Below, in pieces: positions 1-8,264 of a stretch of DNA of 41,806 bases (its first letter is position 1; each line of letters begins with the position of its first letter). The notes beneath the pieces were generated by a model. The model saw only the letters and a program-made list of their open reading frames with translations, was not told the origin of the DNA and made no database searches. A program made the position numbers and the translations under genes. This DNA comes from Pseudomonadota bacterium (GTDB lineage Bacteria; Myxococcota_A; Polyangia; Polyangiales; Polyangiaceae): assembly GCA_039796375.1 (NCBI GenBank), contig JBDKJZ010000001.1, positions 1-41,806 of the forward strand. The letters are read 5' to 3'.

Positions 1-972
1 CGCCTTCGAGGCTCTCTCGAAGCTCGAAGGTGACATTGAACGCGTGGTGTCGGTCACTAGCCAAACTTCGCGCGGGCTCAGCGCTGGACTTCCAATGCGG
101 GGCAAAGCGAAGTTCACCGCCGAGATGGGGACCGCCTCTGGCGCGCGCAGCACTAGAAACTCCCCCTCGCCCGCGCCGCTACGCCTCTCCGTCCAGTACG
201 TTTCCGGACTATTGTCGACGGCGGCAGCAACGTTTTCTGCGCCGCTAGAGGCACCCACTGGGCTGAGTCGCACGAGCGGTGCCCGGCGATCGCTTGGCGA
301 CGCGACGATCCGCGGTGCGGCGGCACGGACTTCGCTGGAGAGGCGCTGGTACTTCACTCGATGCAGTTGCAGATCTTCACCCACCAACATCCGGGGCTCT
401 AGAAGCGTGGGTCTGCCGCACAACTGCAGCGCCGGATCGAATCGACCCACAACAATCTCGGTCTGTTTGTCGCCCGGGGTGACCAGCACTTGGTCTCCCG
501 GTTTCGCGTTGTCAGCGTTGGTCGCCGCGTCGAACAGCACACGCGGACTTCCCTCATCTGTCGCGACGACGATCGTCACCCAGTGCGTCCCGGTCGCGAC
601 GTCAGCTCCGGATTCCGACGAAACCTCGTGCTTGAGCACCGTGGCGCGCCGTCCCGCGCCGATCGGATCGCTCGGCAGCGTGGACATCTCGCGCACTGCC
701 GCGCTGGGGAGGCCAAGCCGCACGGCATTATCCCAGTCGCACCGGGTTGGGCAATTGGCTACCAGCAGCGTGTCGCCACGAAGACCAAGCCCTAGCGCAG
801 GCTGCTTTCGACCAGGCGGACCGCGAAGCAGTTCTTTCACCGGTTCATTCACGGGCGAGACCAACGCCGCGCTCGGGAGACCCGGCCCCGCGAGAGCGGG
901 CGCTTCCGCCTGCGCGGCGAAACTGATCGTGAAAGCGCAGCTGGCCGCCGAGCAAAGGATCAGGACTCGCAT
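1..972 (-). CDS. secreted protein, 3' end truncated by the window edge; distal part is galactose-binding/F5-8 type C-like
   Basis: My own translation of the minus strand from ATG at 972 stays open through base 1 (324 codons) and is not in the ORF track. N-terminus MRVLILCSAASCAFTISFAAQAEAP looks like a signal peptide. Later ..AAAVDNSPETYWTERRSGAGEGEFLVLRAP.. resembles discoidin/galactose-binding domains. The 395-aa + ORF at 44..1231 is its antisense shadow. Confidence 0.6.
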   Translation of the reverse strand, partial: MRVLILCSAASCAFTISFAAQAEAPALAGPGLPSAALVSPVNEPVKELLRGPPGRKQPALGLGLRGDTLLVANCPTRCDWDNAVRLGLPSAAVREMSTLPSDPIGAGRRATVLKHEVSSESGADVATGTHWVTIVVATDEGSPRVLFDAATNADNAKPGDQVLVTPGDKQTEIVVGRFDPALQLCGRPTLLEPRMLVGEDLQLHRVKYQRLSSEVRAAAPRIVASPSDRRAPLVRLSPVGASSGAENVAAAVDNSPETYWTERRSGAGEGEFLVLRAPEAVPISAVNFALPRIGSPALSPREVWLVTDTTRSMSPSSFERASKA

Positions 973-1029
973 CACCCGAGCCTGCCCTTTCCAAACGCGC
1001 TTGTCACTTCAGAAAACCCGCGGGTTCGA

Positions 1030-2322
1030 CTACAAATACGGCTCTTGTTCGTCGCGCGGTACCCCCAGCGCAGTGAGCACTCGCGCGAGCTGTTTGTGCG
1101 GCAACGAGACGCGCGTCGGCATCCCCCCCGCAAGGCCGAACAGCTTGATGAAGTTCAGCCCACTGTCGAAGGCGGCCGCTACATTCACGTTGTGTTCGTC
1201 GATCACAACGCTGACCCGTTCACGCTCCTGACCCATCAGCAGTAGCAGGGTCTTGTCGAGCGTGCCGAAACCCCGGCGTACGTCGACTAGCGCCACCCCG
1301 CATGGCAAGCGTCGATACTGACTCGCCGCGCGCCGCGTCTCTTTCTCAATCGGGACCAGCTGCGCCGCCGCTTCATCAATCGGGACCCACAACCCCGAAT
1401 CCGAGAGGCCGTTGTACAGATGCCGCACGATGATCCCGAAAAGCCCTGCGTCCCGGTAGCGTGCGCGGAGAGCCCGATCAATTCGCTCACCAGCATTCGA
1501 CGGCTTTCCCATTCGAGTATCGATAGCGCGCGCGTCATCGTCCGACCCTGGATAACACTCTCGGCCTCCGCGCATCCACTTGGCCGCGCTCACTAGGCCG
1601 TCGAAGTCGTTGTGGCACAGGACGGTGTCTACCGGGCCGATTCGCTGCACCAGTTCCTCGGTGATCATCTCCGGGCAGGCGCCGTGCTGCGCCTTCGTGG
1701 CCAACACGAAGCGCGGGTCCGATGCGAACCTTGGGTGGTCGTCGTGATCGTGGTGGTCCACCCAGGCGCGAAGCCTGTCACCCAAGCCTTCAATCAGCGG
1801 CCAGGTCACCTCCTCAAAACCGGAGTCCTTCCCGAGGCCGGCGAACGCGATGTCGAGCACCACGACGCGCCCATCGAGCTCCTTAACACGCGGCAATTTG
1901 CGGGGGGTTCCGAACGCGAGATGGCAAGGTAGCATAACAAGTGCTGGAGCGGCGCCTCCGAAGCGCACGGGCCGCCATAGCATCAATGGCGAGCAATCGA
2001 CGACGATATCTCTCTGGCCAACGGCGGCCACCCAAGCCTCGACCCTCTGCCCCACTGCGCTGCCCTGCTCAGAGAACCTGTCAGACTCGGGATCCAGCGC
2101 CCAGGTGCCTCGTCCGGGACATGACGCGCCAATCGAGCCGCTCCTCGGGCTCGGTTGAGCCAAACTTCCCAAAAAGCTGTGGAAATTGTCCGGGAGCGGG
2201 CTGCACCAGTAGAGCCAGAACCTGTCGCGCCTGACCGGCTGGGCGAGCGCCTGGCCCAAGCCCTGGCCGCGGAGCAGAGAGAGGCCATGGAATTCTAGGT
2301 CAGTCTGCTTGATTTGACTCAC
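1030..2322 (-). CDS. hypothetical protein with His/Asp-rich putative metal-binding motifs
   Basis: 430-aa ORF with G/C-rich third codon positions along its whole length. Motifs WVDHHDHDDH and CHNDFDGLVSAAKW. The start is uncertain: in-frame Met codons at 1983 and 1935 are alternatives, and only 23 nt separate 2322 from the purC start. Confidence 0.55.
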   Translation of the reverse strand: MSQIKQTDLEFHGLSLLRGQGLGQALAQPVRRDRFWLYWCSPLPDNFHSFLGSLAQPSPRSGSIGASCPGRGTWALDPESDRFSEQGSAVGQRVEAWVAAVGQRDIVVDCSPLMLWRPVRFGGAAPALVMLPCHLAFGTPRKLPRVKELDGRVVVLDIAFAGLGKDSGFEEVTWPLIEGLGDRLRAWVDHHDHDDHPRFASDPRFVLATKAQHGACPEMITEELVQRIGPVDTVLCHNDFDGLVSAAKWMRGGRECYPGSDDDARAIDTRMGKPSNAGERIDRALRARYRDAGLFGIIVRHLYNGLSDSGLWVPIDEAAAQLVPIEKETRRAASQYRRLPCGVALVDVRRGFGTLDKTLLLLMGQERERVSVVIDEHNVNVAAAFDSGLNFIKLFGLAGGMPTRVSLPHKQLARVLTALGVPRDEQEPYL

Positions 2323-2345
2323 GGCGAACCCCTAGAACACTTGCC

Positions 2346-3311
2346 ATGAGCCGAATCAGCGACGGTGAGTTCGCGCAAATCCTCCGCCACCCGTTGAGCG
2401 CTACAGATTTTCCAGAGCTCGGCGAGAAGTACGAAGGCAAGGTGCGCGACTGCTACGTCAAGGACGGTCAGCGCAGCATCGTCGTCACTGACCGAATCAG
2501 CGCGTTCGACCGCGTGCTCGGCACCCTGCCGCTGAAAGGGCAAATCTTGAACTCGGTCGCCAACTGGTGGTTCAAGCAAACGAAGCACCTGGTCGAAAAC
2601 CATGTCCACAGCGTGCCCGATCCGAATGTCACTGTCGGCTACGAGTGCACGCCGCTCCCCGTCGAGATGGTCATGCGCAGCTACCTCACGGGTTCCACGT
2701 CGACCAGCATCTTGGTCCACTATGAAAACGGCGCGAGGACCTTCTGCGGGCACGCGCTACCTGAAGGCTTGAAGCGAAACCAGAAGCTGCCCGAAGCCCT
2801 GCTCACGCCGAGCACGAAAGCCGCTCATGGTGACCACGACGTCTCAGCCTCGCGAGATGAAATCTTGAAGCTAACGGGGATGCCAGCGGCCGACTTCGAT
2901 GCTGCGGCTGATGCCGCTCGCACGCTCTTCGCGTTCGGCCAGGCCACGTGCGCCAAGCGCGGCCTAATTCTGGTCGACACCAAGTACGAGTTCGGGAAGA
3001 CAGCGACAGGCGAGGTCATCGTGATCGACGAGATCCACACGCCCGACTCCTCGCGCTTCTGGTTTACCGATTCCTACGCCTCGCGGTTTAGCGCGGGCGA
3101 ACAACCTGAGAGCTTCGACAAGGAGTTTGTTCGGCGCTGGCTCAAGGCCCAGGGTTTCGGCGGTGATGGCCCTATCCCGGAGATTCCGAGTGACGTGAAG
3201 GTCGAAGCGACCCGGCGCTACATCGAGGCGATCGAGACGATCACCGGGGAAACGTTCGTTCCGAACCTCGAAGCCCCCGAGCCGCGAATCCGGCGAAACC
3301 TTGGGTTCTAG
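2346..3311 (+). CDS. purC: phosphoribosylaminoimidazole-succinocarboxamide synthase (SAICAR synthetase, long form)
   Basis: YEGKVRDCY, VVTDRISAFD, LILVDTKYEFG and IDEIHTPDSSRFW are characteristic PurC motifs. Confidence 0.95.
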   Translation: MSRISDGEFAQILRHPLSATDFPELGEKYEGKVRDCYVKDGQRSIVVTDRISAFDRVLGTLPLKGQILNSVANWWFKQTKHLVENHVHSVPDPNVTVGYECTPLPVEMVMRSYLTGSTSTSILVHYENGARTFCGHALPEGLKRNQKLPEALLTPSTKAAHGDHDVSASRDEILKLTGMPAADFDAAADAARTLFAFGQATCAKRGLILVDTKYEFGKTATGEVIVIDEIHTPDSSRFWFTDSYASRFSAGEQPESFDKEFVRRWLKAQGFGGDGPIPEIPSDVKVEATRRYIEAIETITGETFVPNLEAPEPRIRRNLGF

Positions 3312-3315
3312 CCCC

Positions 3316-3543
3316 ATGCCGCACTCGTCGGATGACTACGCGCTGGGGTTGCTCACGGCCCAGTACCTCTTGGGTCTCCGTGGGGATCAACTTGGCGGCG
3401 AGCGCCTTAAAAAAACCGAATACACTGCACGCCACCTGGGCGGTCTGCAGAGCACTGATCGCGCCTCTCGCGCCAGGTGGCTGGCGCGCGGACTACGCGA
3501 TCTGGGCACCGCTTTAGACGAACGGCGCTGGGATGCTGCGTAG
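3316..3543 (+). CDS. small hypothetical protein (about 75 aa), possibly first gene of the FliH-like/S2P operon
   Basis: ATG at 3316 (TTG at 3301 in the track). Its TAG stop overlaps the next ORF's ATG by 11 nt (ATGCTGCGTAG). Codon bias is acceptable and no family was recognised. Confidence 0.3.
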   Translation: MPHSSDDYALGLLTAQYLLGLRGDQLGGERLKKTEYTARHLGGLQSTDRASRARWLARGLRDLGTALDERRWDAA

Positions 3544-4180
3544 GGCCCAGGTCCTCAAGGGTCGGCTCGACGCAAAGCCCGCGGGGAGTCCCGCAGGCGC
3601 AAGCGCCCGAGGCGCCGCCCGCGTCATTCTTCGCAGCGAAGCGGACGCGCACGCAGCCTCTGAAATGATCCGTTCGCGCGCGCTTGCGCTCGCTGAAGAG
3701 AGTCGACAACAGGCCGAGTCAGGCGCGCAGAAGGTCCGCAATCAGGCGCGTGACGAAGGGTACGCTAGTGGGCTCGCTGACGCCGCGGCGCGAGTCTTGT
3801 TCTTGGCGCAGCTGGAGGCCGACGCCGACGCTCGCCAGCTGGAGCGCACCGTTGGACTAGCCAGGCTCCTCGCGGAGCGCCTGCTCGGGAAGGCGCTGGA
3901 GCTGGATGCAAGCGTCGCCGCTTCGCTCGCACAGCAAGCACTCGCTGAGGTCCGCGGGGCTTCGCGGGTGACGCTCTTCGTGAGTCCCGCGGACCAGCAG
4001 ACCATCGCACGCTCCTTGGACGCACCGTCCTACACCCAGGCGGCTGTTGAGCTCCGCACCGACGATGCGCTTGCTTCCGGTCATTTCCGCCTACAGACCA
4101 ACATCGGCACGCTCGACGCGGCCCTCGGATCACGCTTAGCGCTGCTGGGCGACAAACTGCGCGAAGGCCTGAAAAAGTGA
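3533..4180 (+). CDS. FliH/SctL (HrpE/YscL)-like protein, or V-ATPase subunit E-like
   Basis: Ala/Glu/Arg-rich coiled-coil N-half (AEESRQQAESGAQKVRNQARDEGYASGLADAAA), then LARLLAERLLGKALELD..VTLFVSPADQQTI..LRTDDALASGHFRLQTNIGTLDAALGSRLALL. This matches the FliH/SctL C-terminal pattern (v.l.v.P.D...l...D..l..G....t..G.iDa.l..rl). The start could instead be the internal Met at 3662. Confidence 0.6.
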   Translation: MLRRAQVLKGRLDAKPAGSPAGASARGAARVILRSEADAHAASEMIRSRALALAEESRQQAESGAQKVRNQARDEGYASGLADAAARVLFLAQLEADADARQLERTVGLARLLAERLLGKALELDASVAASLAQQALAEVRGASRVTLFVSPADQQTIARSLDAPSYTQAAVELRTDDALASGHFRLQTNIGTLDAALGSRLALLGDKLREGLKK

Positions 4181-5142
4181 CTGAATTCGAAGCGACGCCG
4201 CCGAGCCCGAGCGAGCCCACCCACACCTGGGACAGCCGCATCAACGGGCTGCTTTTCCTGTTCACCATCGGATCGGTCTTCTGGGCCGGGCACCTGTTGA
4301 TGACGCTTTCGGGGCCCGTCGCTCCGGAAGACGCGAATTGGTTGTCGGGCTGGCCCTTCGCCGTTCCGTTCCTGCTCATTCTCTTGTTCCACGAGTTTGG
4401 TCACTGGATCGCGGCGCGTATGCACTCCGTTCCAGCCTCATTGCCCTACTTCCTTCCGCTTCCGTTCTTATCGCCCTTTGGCTCTTTGGGCGCGATCATC
4501 GTGATGCCTGAGCGGATCCGTTCTCGAAACGCCCTGCTCGATGTGGGCGCAGCGGGTCCGCTCGCCGGTATGCTGATCGCGATCCCGACCATGGTCATCG
4601 GGCTCAGCCTGTCCGAAGTACACCCCGTGTTACCCGGAGGTTATTGGCAAGAAGGACAGAGCCTCCTGTACTGGCTCATCAAGCGGCTAGTCCTGGGTCC
4701 GATGCCCGAAGGGTACGACGTCCACCTGCACCCCACCGCGTTCGCCGCCTGGGGGGGGTTCTTGATCACGATGATTAACATGCTCCCGTGGGGCCAGCTC
4801 GACGGCGGACACATCGCGTACGCGCTCTTGGGGGAGCGCCACCACCAGATTGCGCGCTGGGTGCGGTACTCCCTGCCGCCGCTGTTCCTTTACAATGTGT
4901 GGGTGTTCGTGGTGCCGGTCGTTCGGGGAGACGCGACGATGACCTACGCCGTAGCTCTGTCGAACTCGGCATTTTGGCTGATGTGGTTCATCATGACCGG
5001 CCTGATGGGACGCTTCTTCGGAGCCCAGCATCCCCCCTGCGAACCGGGCGAGCTGAGCCCCAGGCGACGCCTCATCGCCGTCGCAACCTTGGGGCTGTTC
5101 GTCGCGCTGTTCATGCCGACGCCGTTTGCCCAGTTCGAGTGA
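4177..5142 (+). CDS. site-2 protease family M50 membrane metalloprotease
   Basis: HEFGH zinc motif within a TM helix, a second motif NMLPWGQLDGGH, and multiple hydrophobic segments. The GTG start overlaps the upstream stop (GTGA). Confidence 0.9.
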   Translation: MTEFEATPPSPSEPTHTWDSRINGLLFLFTIGSVFWAGHLLMTLSGPVAPEDANWLSGWPFAVPFLLILLFHEFGHWIAARMHSVPASLPYFLPLPFLSPFGSLGAIIVMPERIRSRNALLDVGAAGPLAGMLIAIPTMVIGLSLSEVHPVLPGGYWQEGQSLLYWLIKRLVLGPMPEGYDVHLHPTAFAAWGGFLITMINMLPWGQLDGGHIAYALLGERHHQIARWVRYSLPPLFLYNVWVFVVPVVRGDATMTYAVALSNSAFWLMWFIMTGLMGRFFGAQHPPCEPGELSPRRRLIAVATLGLFVALFMPTPFAQFE

Positions 5143-5218
5143 ATCTGTCAGTCTCGTCCGACCGCCGGGACACGCGGAGCTCGGCGGGGCGCTCGACCCC
5201 AGGCGCACATGAAGCCTC

Positions 5219-5641
5219 ATGGACTCTCTAGAACTCGACGCGGAATGGCTCATCCCTGAGCGAGATCTGGAGCTGCGGTTCAGCCGCAGCGGCGGCCCAG
5301 GCGGACAGAACGTGAACAAGGTCTCCTCCAAGGTGGAGCTACGTCTCAATCTCGCAGAAACCGCCGCCCTCACTGGAGCGCAGAAGTCTCGTCTGCGCGC
5401 CGCTTTCCCATCGCACGTGACCCTCTCAGGCGACTTTGTTGTGGTCGGCGATCGCCATCGTTCACAGCTATTGAACCAGGCTGACGTCAGGGAGCGCCTG
5501 GTGCAGATGATTCTGTCCATTCGGCGACCCCCGCCGCGGAGGGTTGCGACCAAGCCCAGCCGAGCCGCGAAAAAGCGACGCCTGAACGACAAGCGTCATC
5601 GCTCTGACATTAAGCGCGGACGGCAGACCCAGGGCGACTAA
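5219..5641 (+). CDS. arfB: alternative ribosome-rescue factor ArfB (peptidyl-tRNA hydrolase, YaeJ family)
   Basis: 140 aa with the GGQ motif (SGGPGGQNVNKVSSKVELR) and a basic C-terminal tail (KPSRAAKKRRLNDKRHRSDIKRGR). Confidence 0.9.
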   Translation: MDSLELDAEWLIPERDLELRFSRSGGPGGQNVNKVSSKVELRLNLAETAALTGAQKSRLRAAFPSHVTLSGDFVVVGDRHRSQLLNQADVRERLVQMILSIRRPPPRRVATKPSRAAKKRRLNDKRHRSDIKRGRQTQGD

Positions 5642-5677
5642 GGTTCCTCACGGGCTACGCCGGGCGCAACTCAGCGA

Positions 5678-6160
5678 TTACCTGCCGAACTTGGCACGCA
5701 ACGCACTGCAGACCTCCGGGGGCGCGTAGCGCGAAACATCGCCGCCGTGCCGAGAGATCTCACGCACGAGCGACGCGGAAATGAAGCCGTGGCGCGTCCG
5801 AGTTGGTAGAAAGATAGTGTCAATCTCGGGTCCCAAGTCTGCATTCGCGTGGGCGATTTGCAGCTCATATTCAAAGTCAGTCTGCGCTCGCAGCCCGCGC
5901 ACTATCACCCTGGCCTGCACGCTGCGTGCGTGCTCAACCAACAAACCCGAGAACTGGTCAACTTCAACATTGGGAAACGGTGCGCAGACTTGGCGCAACA
6001 AATCCATACGCTCATCGTCCGAAAATAGAGGCTGGCGCGTGGGGTGCAAACCCAAAGAGACGATAAGCTTTGGAAACAGCTTGGAGGCCCGCTCGACGAG
6101 GTCGAGGTGACCGAACGTCGGCGGGTCAAAGCTTCCAGGGTACAGCGCAATCTGAGCCAT
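5678..6160 (-). CDS. coaD: phosphopantetheine adenylyltransferase
   Basis: MAQIALYPGSFDPPTFGHLDLVERA.., ..VRGLRAQTDFEYE.., ISASLVREI; size is canonical at 160 aa. Confidence 0.95.
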   Translation of the reverse strand: MAQIALYPGSFDPPTFGHLDLVERASKLFPKLIVSLGLHPTRQPLFSDDERMDLLRQVCAPFPNVEVDQFSGLLVEHARSVQARVIVRGLRAQTDFEYELQIAHANADLGPEIDTIFLPTRTRHGFISASLVREISRHGGDVSRYAPPEVCSALRAKFGR

Positions 6161-6176
6161 GCGAGTTCGGTTTGGC

Positions 6177-7526
6177 TCAGCCGGCAGGAGGCGCTGCTGG
6201 AGCAGGGGAGGGGGGAGGCGTCGCTAGACCGCTGGTCGCGGGCGGGCGGGGGGTCCGCGGCCCTTCCTCTATCCAAATCGAGCGCCCCTGATCGACGAGC
6301 GTCACCCGGAACGCACCGAGCAAACCGGAGCCCAAGAGCCCGTCGAGCTCGATCCCCAGCACGCCCTCTAGCTTGTCTAACGGGAAGCCACTGACGGCCG
6401 GCACGTCTGGAACCACGAACGCGCCCAGCTGAACTCGGGGCAGGCGTGCTGACGAGAGTCCCTTCGCGCCAGCGACAGGCTGCCTTTGGGAGAGATCGAC
6501 GCGGGTCCGGCCCCAAGCGTTTTCATCCAGGACCAATGGGAAACTCATCCCGGTGTCGATCATCAGCGCGAAGTCCTCGGCGCTGCTGTCCTCACCGATC
6601 TTAGAGCGCAATAGCATCCCGCCGCCCAGAACGTATTGAACGTCGATCTTCGTCGCCACGGGTGGCGGCGGCGCCTCGAAGGTCCGAACGACAAACTGGC
6701 GTCCTAGGGCGTCAATGGTGGGGTTTAGGCGACGCAAGAGGTTCGTTCCCAGGAGCAGTTTGATCGGGGCGTTCAGCTCACGCGAGATCCCAGACAGGTC
6801 GCGCGTGACCGCGGGCACGTCCTTGACCTCGACGCGACGATCAAGCTGTCCAAATCGCAAGCTCAGCCAGCTCGGGTCTCGCCCGCCGGCAGAGTCAATG
6901 ACCACCTCTGCAGTCCCCGTGTCGATCATCGCCAAGACGGGTTGACCGTTCAGCTCGACCGGGACCACCATCGCGCTCGTCTTGAAGCGCGGCATCTCCA
7001 TGACCGCCAAGAGCACGCCTCGCACCGTGAACGGGTGACGGCCGGCGCCGCGCCGGGCCAGCTTCGCGACGCCGTCTGCCCAGGGGTCGCGGACCTGGGG
7101 ATCCGCTAGGAGCTGTTCAAGCGTGTCCGCGGCGGCGGTCAAGTCGCCCGCGTACCAGTGAGCGCGCCCCTGCAGGCCGAGAGCCTCCGCGGATGTCAGC
7201 CCCTGCGTGTGCTTGAGCGTCCCAGGGTAGTCGTGCTGGCTAAGGGCAATCTGCGCCGCGAGCAGCCGCACCTGCTCACGCGTTGGATCGAGCTGGAGCG
7301 CCTTTTCGACGGCCGTTTGAGCGTCCTCAGTGTCCAACTCGCGGTAAGAGCCCGCCGCTCGGTCGTACCAGTCCTTGGCCATCGGAGGCCACTCTGGGGC
7401 GCTTGCTGTGCCGGCGCCGCAGGCAGCGACACCTAGACTGAACACAGTCCCAACCGTGGTCACCGCCGCCAAGTGGCGTGCCGTGCGGGTGAATTTCGAG
7501 CAGTTAGATTCGGGTTTTTGTGTCAT
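6177..7526 (-). CDS. lipoprotein with TPR-like N-terminal region and two retropepsin-like aspartic protease domains
   Basis: Start refined to Met at 7526, giving a lipobox (FSLGVAAC). Two D-T-G motifs: LAMIDTGTAEVVIDS and ALMIDTGMSFPLVLD. Pro-rich C-terminal tail. Stop is 17 nt upstream of the coaD start on the same strand. Confidence 0.75.
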   Translation of the reverse strand: MTQKPESNCSKFTRTARHLAAVTTVGTVFSLGVAACGAGTASAPEWPPMAKDWYDRAAGSYRELDTEDAQTAVEKALQLDPTREQVRLLAAQIALSQHDYPGTLKHTQGLTSAEALGLQGRAHWYAGDLTAAADTLEQLLADPQVRDPWADGVAKLARRGAGRHPFTVRGVLLAVMEMPRFKTSAMVVPVELNGQPVLAMIDTGTAEVVIDSAGGRDPSWLSLRFGQLDRRVEVKDVPAVTRDLSGISRELNAPIKLLLGTNLLRRLNPTIDALGRQFVVRTFEAPPPPVATKIDVQYVLGGGMLLRSKIGEDSSAEDFALMIDTGMSFPLVLDENAWGRTRVDLSQRQPVAGAKGLSSARLPRVQLGAFVVPDVPAVSGFPLDKLEGVLGIELDGLLGSGLLGAFRVTLVDQGRSIWIEEGPRTPRPPATSGLATPPPSPAPAAPPAG

Positions 7527-7677
7527 GAGCGCGGATTCGAGCAGCGACAGGGCTTCTGTCCACTCGTCGTCTCCGCGAGATAACCGATTCTCGGTCCGAG
7601 GTCGAGGGCCCGGGGCGCCTGAGGCTCCCCGAGCGATTCCGTTTCGACCGGCGCGTTGCTGGACTAGACTCGCGGCC

Positions 7678-8250
7678 ATGATCGCTTCTCAGCTGGCGCT
7701 AGTCCTGACCGTCGCCTGGGTGTCCGCTTGCGGAGCCCCGACGCAAGAGCCCGAGACTCCCTCAGAATTCACGGGGTTCGAGGACGGCGGCGAACCAGCT
7801 CTGGTCAAGCCCGTGGAGGCCCCAAGCACCCCGTTGACGCCGCCAGACAGTGAGCAGACCAAGAGCGCTCCACTCCCCATCGCTGACACCGAACAGATCC
7901 CACCGCTGGGCTCACCCGTAGAGCGCCCGAGGCCTCTCGGTAACACCGTCGAGGAAACCCGTACGACCCAAGTGATCGGGGAAGTCATTCGCAAGAACCG
8001 TCAGGCTTTCCGGGACTGCTATGACCAGGAGCTCGCCCGCTCGCCCGGGCTACGGGGGAACATTACACTTCACTTCGTGCTCGATCCCAAGGGTCAGGTG
8101 TCGCTTTCAAAAGTGAACACAGAGCGAACGACCTTGACAGAGCCGGGGCTCGGGAAATGCACGCTTGCCGCCCTCAACAAGCTCCAGTTCCCGCCATCGT
8201 CACGCGGCTTCGAGTCCACCGTCAACTATCCGTTCGACTTCAAGCCCTGA
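7678..8250 (+). CDS. lipoprotein with AgmX/PglI-type (TonB-C-like) C-terminal domain
   Basis: Refined ATG at 7678 gives MIASQLALVLTVAWVSAC (lipobox). Pro/Glu-rich linker. C-terminus IRKNRQAFRDCYDQELARSPGLRGNITLHFVLDPKGQV...GKCTLAALNKLQFPPSSRGFESTVNYPFDF matches the pattern common in myxobacterial AgmX/PglI tail domains. Confidence 0.75.
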   Translation: MIASQLALVLTVAWVSACGAPTQEPETPSEFTGFEDGGEPALVKPVEAPSTPLTPPDSEQTKSAPLPIADTEQIPPLGSPVERPRPLGNTVEETRTTQVIGEVIRKNRQAFRDCYDQELARSPGLRGNITLHFVLDPKGQVSLSKVNTERTTLTEPGLGKCTLAALNKLQFPPSSRGFESTVNYPFDFKP

Positions 8251-8264
8251 CCGCGAATCTCCTG

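Noticed and set aside
44-1231. 395-aa plus-strand ORF, the longest listed at the left edge
   Set aside because: The translation is Ser/Arg/Thr/Ala-rich and low-complexity. It lies antisense to two better minus-strand genes (1..972 and 1030..2322), as is typical of shadow ORFs in high-GC DNA.
2319-2753. 144-aa minus-strand ORF overlapping the purC 5' region
   Set aside because: It lies antisense to a securely identified purC, and no motifs were seen.
4687-5592. 301-aa minus-strand ORF
   Set aside because: It lies antisense to the M50 protease and arfB, both of which have unambiguous motifs. The composition is Arg/Ser/Pro-rich.
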